The translations under genes and the position numbers were made by a program. The notes under the pieces are model-generated. The model was given only the letters and a program-made list of their open reading frames with translations, was not told the origin of the DNA and did not search any database. Shown here piece by piece: positions 54,053-64,000 of a stretch of DNA of 64,000 bases (its first letter is position 1; every line of letters starts with the position of its first letter). Source of the stretch: Marsupella aquatica (Eukaryota; Plantae; Marchantiophyta); NCBI GenBank assembly GCA_973895155.1, contig OZ316897.1, forward strand, positions 22,729,455 to 22,793,454. The letters are read 5' to 3'.

Positions 54053-54798
54053 TAATACCATGGAAAGTCCCAAGTACGACAAAAAGAAAGATACTATGGG
54101 ATATGACAACACTTGAGAGGCGCCGTTTTGTCAATAATTGAATACTGACCAGGATGCAGACCGTAGGATGTGCGAGATGCAGGTCAGACGTGAGCCTGTG
54201 ATGGTGACACTATAGTGCTTCGCACGGGGTATGATCGGGGACGGCACGGGTCACGAATATCATTGGATTCTGGGTCGGACGTGACATAATGGATGGGTAT
54301 TACCAGGTTACTTGGGAACGTGATAAAATGTATGTTGGGGGAGTGAAAGGGCGGTGCCACCGATCGGAGACAGAATCTATGTTGTGAGATCTACTACTGA
54401 AATTGCAGTGACTAAATGATGCATGCCACTGCGCACATGAATGCCCTATGAGGAATTCCTTATAAGCTTTGGGCAATGGTGCGAGCTCCTGAGCTCCAGT
54501 CTTTGATTGTGTAGGTTTCGTAAATCTTTGTGGCTGACAAGTCTGCCATTGGATAACACTTGGGGTGTTAGCGACGGAAGCAAGTATCGACGAGCGCGGG
54601 TGACGTTGGAGGATTGGTGAAAGTATGGTTCATCGACATGATCATCCAGCGCCGGTCGCATTGTTGATGCAGAGCGACGAGGATATCACAGATCGTATGT
54701 ACCCCTCTTTCACTCAACTCCTTTGGTTCTTAATTCCGCATGAAGTATATTGATCAATTGTTAGAATGGCGCAACTAAGGCCTGCTTTGTTTGTACAG

Positions 54799-57700
54799 TC
54801 GTGACGGAGACGATTTGGAAGTCATGCTCGGGGAGGGTAATACGGCATTATCTAGCGATGGCCCCTGCAGACCCTAAACCCTAAACCCTAAACCCTAAAC
54901 CCTAAAGCTAGAAAAGCTGGTTTGGTTCCATGTTTTGAACTCGACTGGCCCAGAGTTGCAATTCCTACTATAAAGGAGTTCGCAGTAGGGTATGATCAAG
55001 GTCAAAACTGTGTGTCATTCTGGGGTGCAACTCACACATTCAACAGAGAGGTATTGCGAGCTGCATTTGCTTTTCCATCTGGAGAATGGGCCCGATTTAA
55101 ACCTGGGTTGGGCCAAGGTCAACTAAATTCCATGTTTTCTGCCAAGACGAAAGGCAACCCATACAGTCTAGACAAAATCACTGCGCCATATATGCAATGG
55201 TGTGGGATAATCAGGGCAATTTCTGAATTGCTCTCAGGCAAGAGCAAACCCACTCAAGTCACCTCAAAAGACATGTGGGTATACTGGGCGTATTGGTGGG
55301 ATACGATTAGGGTACGTGATCATTTTAGAGGAGCTGAAACTCCCGTGGTGAAGCCCGATTGGGCACATTTGGTGTACGATAATCTGACGAGTGAGATCCT
55401 CAAGTTAAAGTCACACCTATCGAAGAATGGTGTCGTAGACAAACGACTTCCTTGCTACTGTGGCACTGCTATCACGCAGATTCTTGTACACTACGGGTAT
55501 TCGCTGGAGGAGCTTATGGTCGAACAACACGAAGATGATCATGAGGAGGACGACAAGGAGGAAGGGGACAATGGCTCACAAGAGGACGAGGAAGGGGAGG
55601 CTGGCTCACAAGAGGACAAGGACGGGGACAGTGGCTCACAGGAGGATGAGGAAAGGGATGACGGATCACGAGAGGACGAGGAAGGAGAAGATGGCTCACG
55701 AGAGGATGAGGAAGGGGATGGTGCGTCTGACGGTGAGGGGCAGCCATCGGAGGTTGCGCCCCAATTCTCCAGGGATGAACATAAATGTCCTCAGGGTGAG
55801 CACAAATCGCCGCCCTCTGTGCCAGAGTGCATGCGTGTTCTATCACAGCACATACGTGCGCTAGAGGTTGATCTTGCAGAAAAATTGGACATGCTACGAG
55901 AAGCAGTGGAGAATCATAAAAAATTGGTCCTCGATTTGATGAAAGAAAACGACAGATAGAGAGTCCGCATATTAGAATTGGAATGGCAGGTTGGGTTGCA
56001 TTCAGAACAAGTTGGCAGTGAGACATCGAGTGGAGAAGGTGAGAGCGGAGGTGACAAGAGATGTTGTGAGGTTCTGGTAGGTCTTGGTGCCAGGGTACAT
56101 GCAGGTTATGATGCAGAGGCATCACAGCGTAGCCCAATTTCAGAGTTACCGCCAGTTTCTGGTGTTCCAGCTATAGTAGAGGTACCAGCAGCAGCACCAG
56201 CAGAAGCAGGTACTTTCCCAATTTATTATTCTGGTGTTCCAGCTATAGTAGAAGTACCAGTAGCAGCACCAGCAGAAGCAGGTACTTTCCCAATTCATTA
56301 TCCTACTTCAAAGATACAACGAGAGGAGTCTATGTCGAGTGGAGGTGACTCACCAGTTTTGGTAGAGTTACAGGCAGCCGCACCACCAGTACTGGCAGAG
56401 GTACCGGCATCAGAAGAAGTGATGTCACTTTTAGAAGGAGAGGCACCAAATGCTGCACCAACATCAAAAGTAGAGGTCTCAGCTACAGAGGAGGACAAAT
56501 CGTCGGGTACAATTGCATCAGAAGTACCAGGGTCACCTCCGATTTCTGTTCTATTTCATGTTCCAACTAAGAGTCCGGGATGGGAGGCTAGGATGAGTCA
56601 CATTTCACGACAACCAAATTTTCCTCGTGCTTCAAAGAGAGGGCGAGAGGACTCTATTCCGAGTGGCAGTCACTCACCAGCGAAGAGGAGGGCTATTGAA
56701 GTGGAGGAAGAGGAAAAGGTAGAGGAAGAAGAAGAAGAAGATGAAGTGGAGGATGACGAGCATTCAGAACAAGACATTCACTGGGAAGAGTGTGCCACAG
56801 AGAGTGGAAAGGTTAGCGATTTTTTTTCCTTTGTTGTGTGATTACTGTTTTTTCAGAAACAATGTTCAAGCATATCTAACTTGGCTGTGAGCGGGATCCG
56901 CAGATTGATATCCAAGGGTCTCACTTGACAGAGGAGGCATGCCCTCCACCTGGTACAATGACTACAGCTCTATATCCACACCAACGGATTGGTCTTGCAT
57001 GGATGTTGGAATGCGAATCCGGAAAAAGCTCTCCAATTGGTGGGATGTTGGCGGAGGACCAGGTACAAAAGCCCCCAAATTAAGCCGAAGTCGCACTCAT
57101 TATTTTCATTCAGCGGGATACTTTGGGGGTATTTTTGGATTATGTTAGGGGTACGCGCGCACCTTGTCTGCAAGTGATTGTTTCCCTGACCATTTTCTTG
57201 GCTTGGATTTTTTTAGGGAATGGGGAAAACCATGCATGTCATAGCGCTATTTCTCGCGAATCGCCCTCATAAGTGTGGGCCAACTTTTGTCCAGCCAGCG
57301 TGGTGATTCAATGGGCCAAGAAATAGCTGCAAGGACCTCCAAGATAGCAAAAGTGAAGGTCCTCCTCTACCACAACAAGAGGAATAAAGACATCAACTTT
57401 ATTTCAAGCCATGACGTGGTTGTCACTACGTACTCAATCATGACAGGGGAGTCTCCCATTGCTCCAAAGACGTCCAGTGTGCCAAAAGGGAGTATGAAGA
57501 GACCTGTAAAAAAACCTAGACTTTCAGGTCCACTGTTAAAGATTAATTGGCTTAGAGTAGTCCTGGATGAGTGTCATGTCATGAAAAATAAAACTAGTCA
57601 AAATTTCAAGGCCTCGCGTTGTCTCAAGGTAGAGAGGAGGTGGTGCCTAAGCGGTACACCCATACAGAACGAGGCTTCTGATCTGTTTCCTTACTTCAGT

Positions 57701-59577
57701 TTTTTGAGGTATTATCCTCTAGGAGAGTGGAAGGAATTCTCACAGTTAAAGAAGCTGCTGAAGACAAGGCCAAAGATAGCGAATGGCATCCTCTCGAAAC
57801 ACTTGGTTGCGATTGCGCTCAGGAGAGACAAAAGTAAGCATGCATGCATATATCATGGTAGAGTTCACTTTGTTTAATCCCAAGCCTGATTTCTTTATCA
57901 ATTGTGCGTTTACCCTGCCACTGTGCTTACATGCAGGCATACTCCCACTGCCCCCTAAGATGATCGAGGTGCAAATTGTTGAATGGAGAACACAGCAAGA
58001 ACGAAACGCTTATTTTGATCAGGAGGAAAAGAGTAAGGAGTTATACAAGGTACATAAGGCTCTTAAGAATCCCCAATGTTGAAGACGTATGAGAGTTCAA
58101 TTTGATCCCTTGAAGGTGTCTGTTCGGTGGTAATTAATGTGCCTGTAATGTTGTAGGAATTCCGTGATGCTGAAAGAGGTGCCTTATCAAATGTGTTGAG
58201 CGTTCTGCTCCGGTTGCGACAATTTGCAGTGCACCCGAAACTTCCTTCCTTATGTAAAATTCGCGAAGAGGAGATCGAGAACAAAGTGCAAAGAACGCCC
58301 CTTAGTGAGCCTCAACGAGCCCGACTCGTGTCAGAGTTTCAGCAATTAAAGATTGGAAGTGCTTGCGTGGACTACAAGGTGAGTACAGTCACTCTGGGTA
58401 TGGGGTATGATTGGGGTATTTCAGTTAACGTGCTTTGCCTAACAATTTTTGCACACACTCACTTTAACGGTTGGATTGTGCAGGGGGGCTTGATTGGAAG
58501 TCCATTTCAGATTTCTGGCTGTGGCCATGTATACTGTGGCATTTGTGCAATAAACCGGGAAGCTGGAACCTGCAAATCGGCAAAATGTTCAAAATACGTG
58601 ACAGCCCAGGTCCTATACAGGCCAGCTGATTTGAGGCTAGTGAATGGTGGTGCGGAGTCAAAAGGGAAGGTGCGAAGAGAATATGATGTCCGACACCCAC
58701 CTTCTCCAAAATTTGATGCAGTCTTGGAATACCTAAAGTCGATTCCGCTGGACACTACAGGACAGGGCAGCAGCGAAAGCTTTGTGCCCAGGCAGAAGGC
58801 TCTTGTTTTCTCACAATGGACTTCGTGTCTCAACATGCTTGAGCCACACATTCTGAAGGCTGGTCTAAAGTTCACAAGGATTGATGGAGGAATGAATTCC
58901 AATGTCAGAGAACAAGCCTTGAATGATTTCAAGATGACCCCAGAGGTACAACCGTCATTATCCGTGCAGATCGATGTCTGTATTTGTTCAAAGGGTAAAC
59001 TCTTTATATTCTAATTAAATTGTTTCTACTCATTTCATGCAGATCAGCATTATCCTCTTGTCCTTGATGGCAACGAACACAGGACTCAACATCACTGAGG
59101 CTACACATGTTCTTATGGTAGACGGGTGGTGGAATCCCACGGTAGAGGACCAAGCCGTCGATCGGTCACATCGTATAGGGAAAATAAGGCCGGTGAAAGT
59201 CGTCAGGTTTATCGCCGAAGATTCGATTGAGTTGAAGATTTTGGAGCTGCAGGTAAGATTAGAAGTGCTTGTGTGGACTGCAATGTGAATAAAGTCACTC
59301 TGTGTATGGGGTATTATTGGGGTATTATTGGGGTATTTCGGTTCATGTGCTTTGCCTAACAATTCCTGCACGCACTCACTAGTAATGATGAATTACGAAT
59401 TCCATATATGTGGTCTCTAATTGTATGCATGTTGCATGTTTTGTGCAGAACAAAAAATGAGTGATGATCAGGGCCATCATGTATGGCTGTGCAACCGGGA
59501 AAAAAGATAACATGGAACAAAATCTGGAGTTCATACTGGGAGAGAATCGGCAACAGAGGTTCAATGCATCAGAGTAG
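54799..59577 (+). pseudogene. Fusion gene: plant transposon-protein-like N-terminal domain, acidic repeats and coiled coil spliced to a RAD5/RIS1(FRG)-type SNF2-RING helicase; disrupted
   Basis: Exons ~54799-56811, 56904-57062, 57217-57833, 57937-58049, 58157-58378, 58484-58945, 59043-59252 and 59449-59577, all with GT-AG borders. Motifs LYPHQRIGLAWM, GGMLAEDQ|GMGKT, W.RVVLDECH, RRWCLSGTPIQN, LLRLRQ, CGHVYC..C, KALVFSQWT, GLNITEA.HV and WWNP..EDQAVDR.HRIG. Stops at 55957 and 59458 and two frameshifts near 57285-57315. Confidence 0.85.
54872..54906. repeat. Perfect interstitial telomeric tract (CCCTAAA)5
   Basis: Five exact Arabidopsis-type telomere units. Confidence 0.97.
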
Positions 59578-61429
59578 CTAGATGAGTTTTAGCTAAGGTT
59601 CTCTTCGGTGCTTGAGTCAGTTAGGCAGTGACACTCTTACTGTTCGTTTACTTGTCAGTGCCACTCTCGTTTCCTCCCGTTGTGATTTTAGTGCAGCGGG
59701 ACAACGATGAGACTAGGAGGACAGAGCCTGAGTGGGTCTTTCCTTGCCACATATGTACCTGTTCGAGCCTCCTGTGGGAGCATTATGAATTGAACACTTC
59801 ATCTTTGAATCATGTCCATTGTTTCTCATGTCCAATGTTTCTTTGGTATTCTTTCTTGTGTTCTTTTGTGTGTGTTTAGGGTTTAGGTTATGCACTTGCA
59901 AGACACACCGAATGATTATCCTAGGGACATAGATAATTTACAAGCATAGCAGCCCGTCCACTACAAGGAGATTTGGTTCCCTACTAAATATGGGACAAAT
60001 ACCTTACCATGAATCGCTTTGATATGAGGGGAATGAATTCCCAACTCATCTTCTGGAAATTACCCCCAATAGTAAGGGGGCGGGGAGCATGAGGTACGTT
60101 GGGGTTAATTTCCCTACTTACCCCCTATATTCCCCTCTTTCAAACTCCTAACCTTGCAGATCTTCCTTGTGAATAAACTTATGTTTAGACTAAGCTCTTC
60201 ACAATTTACTCATAGCGCCTCAAGTAGTTTGTTCAATGAGCAAAAGCAAAATTAACTCAATTTTTTTCAAGAATATTTTTATGTTTATAGTAGATCGCAA
60301 AACTCCTACAAAAGGGGGAAACAAGCACCACAATGACCCATGAACCAACATAACAATTTCCACTAGGAAAACAGGGGACAAATCTTGATTTTCATAGAGA
60401 ATTGCTCTTGAGATGGAATACTATTTTCCATAGAGTGTTGGCCTTGTGTTAAGGAGCCGGGGTTTGACTTATTTTGTTGCAGCAAAGCTAACTCAGATTT
60501 TAAACTATGAGGGTATTGTTGAGAAATCCTATTTTTCAGAGAGCGTTGCTCTTGTTACAATAAGCGCTTTGAGTACTTTGCCGTCGTAGAGGTCTCAAAA
60601 ATTTCAAATTATAGAGTACTAGTTGTACACCTTTATTTCATTTCATGCATTTTTTCAGTTCACTTTTAGGTGCACATAGTCTCCTAACATAATTAAAATG
60701 TAGGTAAATAGCTAATGAGCACATTTATTACCTAGATTTTCTCATCATTATGTGTAAGATGCTCAGTTTATGTGTCACAGTCCATGGGGATGTTGGGAGA
60801 CAACCTCCTAGTCCATCCGGGCTTTGGTTTCTGTTTTTGTATGCTATTTTTTAATCACTTTGGGGAAAATCATGAAAATATTGAAAAGAGAATTCAGGCC
60901 TTGGACTCATGATTTATAAGGCTTCTTGTTATGGACCTCCATTAGGGGTACCTTGCAAAATTCCTGGTACAAGAGAGTGTCACATCAGCAAGTATGACAC
61001 GGGGTGTGACGACAAACCGAATACAACACGATTTTGGACCGACCGAGAAGTGTGTCGTTTAGCCCGATTCCATTTTTTTTCTAAGGCAATGCAATCTTTG
61101 ATAAAACGCCCGCAAAATTAAAAAAACATCAGTTGCCTACATTGCATCGCCACAAGAATGCAGGGAGCGATATGTGCATCGGGTTTTACATTTGGAACGT
61201 AATAAATTCCAAACTATGAGTAGCTTGCTCCCAACTAAGTAATCGAGGATCGACCACGCACTAACCTGAGTTAGTGCAAACTTAACCATGGTTAACAAGG
61301 GAAAATAACCATGGTTAGAGCATTCCCTATATATAAAGAGGAGCAGGCTGCCCATAAATGGTTTATTTTCTCTAGAGCTCCTATCAAGTCTTACATTCCT
61401 CCCATGAGATTTGATTCTTTCTCAAGAAA

Positions 61430-61830
61430 ACCCGATAAATTTATCGGAACTTCCATTCTAGGTTGAGTATCATCTATGTAAGGTTTACTCGTCATTTGGT
61501 ATTAATGTCCTAATCCGAGCGGACTACGATAAATTTATCGCATTCCACATTCCTCTACTGCATTGAATATGTTTGAACCTGAACATCTGATAAAATTATC
61601 AGAGTGCGCATGCATAGACTGGATTTAGGGTTTTCTTAGACTCCGATAAATTTATCGGAGTCTTCATTCCTATGCCGGATTGAGGATTGTTTGAGACTCC
61701 GATAAATTTATTGGAGGCTTCATTCCTGTAATGGATTGAAAATGATTTTCAAAGAACATCCGATAAAAATATCAGAGTGCATATTCCTGCACTGGATCCA
61801 CAAAAAATCTTCATTATATAAATTTATTGG
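61430..61830. repeat. Array of ~55-95-bp units built on the palindrome CCGATAAATTTATCGG
   Basis: Palindrome or variants at ~61432, 61528, 61588, 61643, 61699, 61760 and 61818. Confidence 0.8.
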
Positions 61831-61879
61831 AGTCTTCATTCTAATCCAAAGTTTGGTTTGTGAAAGGGTATAACTAACA

Positions 61880-62190
61880 TGCCAGGAAACAGTAAAAAGG
61901 AAACAACAAACAATAAACAGTAAACAGCAAATGGATTAAAAAATTTGAATTTTTTTTGAATTTTGTTTTGAATTTTTTTGTTTTGAATTTTTTTTGTTTG
62001 TTTGTGTTTTTGATATTTTTTACTAGCGCCCCAAGCTAGTAATAGTAGTGTCTGACGCTAGCCAAAAATGATCATTTTTAAAAATATTTTGAAAATTTTG
62101 AGTTTTAATGAGAAAATTTTTATATTTCATTTTTGCTCGTAACAGTAAAATTTTGCTCATAACAGGAAATCATTTTCCTGTTTCCTGGCA
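61880..62190. mobile_element. MITE-like element, ~310 bp, AT-rich, ~20-bp TIRs
   Basis: Left end tgccaggaaacagtaaaaag; reverse complement of right end tgccaggaaacaggaaaatg. No clear TSD. Confidence 0.6.
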
Positions 62191-62419
62191 CGGTGTAAAG
62201 CCTTTGTGAAAAATTTGAGTCATTGTAGGTGAATGCGGGGGTGAATGCGAAGTGAAATCAACTTATCGCACCCAACTGACTAGTATTATTCTTGACTGTT
62301 GTTTTGCGACTCATCTTACTCTATGATGTCACAGTCTCGCTAAATGACAAAATAGCAAAGAATGGTATATTTTCTTGGATATCCAATTTGACTCTTAGAT
62401 GATTATCTTGGCAAAATTC

Positions 62420-62735
62420 TGTAGTTTTGAAATTTGAGGGATAAATCTATCAATGTTGGTATTTCAAAATATATTTTCTTCATATGGATGTTTGTAGTTT
62501 TGGAATTTAAACGATAAATTTATCTGACGTTGGTATTGCAAAATGGATTTTTTTTGTGGATGTTTGCAGTTTTGGAATTTAAGCAATAAATTTATGTGAT
62601 GTTGGTATTGCAAAATAGATTTTCTTCATATGGATGTTTGCAATTTTGGAATTTAAGCAATAAATTTATCTGATGTTGGTATTGCTAGCAAGTATTTGTG
62701 TCGTCCGCAGTTTTAGCGATAATTTTATCGGACTG
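62420..62735. repeat. ~72-bp tandem repeat (4-5 copies) carrying the same GATAAATTTATC core
   Basis: Unit gttttggaatttaa..(g/a)ataaatttat.tga.gttggtattgcaaaat...ggatgtttg. Confidence 0.8.
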
Positions 62736-64000
62736 CATATTGCGGTTGCGACAACGACATGTTGCTATACATGTGTGTGTGGTTACTATGGTCTATTGTG
62801 GAGGTAATTGCGAGGTGAGTTTGACAAACTGTGTGGTAACTTCTTAGCGACTAAGATGTAAAAAAATTACGGTAAATAACCAAAAAGTGGAAGAATTGGA
62901 ATTTGGTTGGAACTTTCATGGTTCAAATCTGGAGTCCAATACTCATATTGGACATTGCTCAAAAAACGGATATGAATTTCTAGACCATTCATATATCTTT
63001 CGAGAGCATGAATTTGAGGTTTTGGCGAAAGATTTTTGGATCTAATTTTCCCATGATAAATTCAATGTTTGTGACCATGAATTCAGTGGTTTTGACCATT
63101 CCCAAATTTCCTTATTCAATCCAAACTCTGATACAAATTACATTATTTTCTTGAAAACCAGTTTGTCATGAAAAAAGTGCCGATTTTGCGAGATTCAGAG
63201 GAAAATAAAAGCACACCTCTTGTTTGCGGAAATAGTTCTTGTTTGATCGGAAATCGTGTTATACAAGGGTTTTGCAAAGAAAAATAACTTCCCAAATCAT
63301 GTTTGTGACAATTTTTGTGTAAATCCTGGGTCGCCATGTCGTAAATTCTGAGTATAAATATAAACCAAATACAAAAGAAATGATGTTTTCTTTTAACACT
63401 AACCATTTTATTTACTTAAATTTGATTTTTGTTAGCTCAATTACTTTGTATAACATTTGCTGTATTTTCATATTAAATTACACTAACCTTTATATAAGTC
63501 AGTGTTTAAAATAATGCCTGGGTAATTAAGTAACTACCCTTAAAACAAATAACCAGTTAATTAGGATAGGCAGGTGATCCTATTAGCTTGAATGAGAAGA
63601 CAGCAGGCTACTCTGTTGTATCACAAAGGCAGAAATTAGTTGGTGCTTTCTGCTCCATGGCTACATCAATGTTTTGGCTCCAAATCCTTGTCATTCCTGA
63701 GATTCATAAGACATTACAATTTTTAGCAAAAAACAATTTTGTCAACTCACCTGGATACTTAGACATTCTACCACTAGTGGCAGGCATGAGCTCCCATAAA
63801 TTCCCCTCAATGAACTTTCCAAAAGTATCCAACACTTCTACTGCATGTAAAGAAAATATAAAATATTTCCTTAAACTGCAATGTCATTCATTTGAGAAAC
63901 GGAGATTGAGTAGAGTTTTCTTGAACCCTGCTCGTTGACTAGTACATTCCAGGATATACCTCCAGTGTATTGTGAGGATGGGATTAATTTTAGTGTCAAA

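Larger units (their letters stand above)
38160..60830. mobile_element. Large decayed CACTA/EnSpm-like DNA transposon region with several accessory genes (boundaries approximate)
   Basis: Contains a Tnp2-like transposase, a TnpA-like gene, a satellite and a shared GGGGTAT motif throughout. A ~50-bp inverted pair lies at 38160-38210 and 60778-60830. No clean CACTA TIR or TSD was found. Confidence 0.55.

Noticed and set aside
54203-54217. GGTGACACTATAG (part of the SP6 promoter) overlapping CACTATAGTG (CACTA plus TAGTG)
   Set aside because: Only a 13-bp match with no other vector sequence. No matching TIR partner or 3-bp TSD was found for use as a CACTA end.

Overview
Eukaryotic, intron-containing land-plant DNA: GT-AG introns, a CYP701 gene, an nsLTP gene and TTTAGGG-type telomere repeats. 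The gene content suggests a non-seed plant such as a liverwort or moss, which is an inference. The left ~35 kb holds host genes. These are a secreted amidohydrolase (runs off the left edge), a small secreted Cys-rich protein, an orphan coiled-coil gene, a strikingly fungal-type sugar/polyol MFS transporter, an nsLTP, and an 8-exon CYP701 (ent-kaurene oxidase-like) gene frameshifted by a 25-bp duplication over its heme motif. A tRNA-like SINE carrying an internal VNTR also lies here. The right ~26 kb (about 36-62 kb) is a decaying, very large CACTA/EnSpm-type transposon region. It contains a Tnp2-like transposase, a SAM-domain/TnpA-like gene, an intact RPA70-C-like OB-fold gene, and a spliced fusion of a plant transposon-protein domain to a RIS1/FRG-type SNF2-RING helicase. 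A strand-biased GGGGTAT motif is concentrated in this region's satellite and introns, resembling the architecture of the VANDAL/VANC anti-silencing system. All calls come from reading motifs by eye; no database searches were run, and the element's termini could not be fixed.
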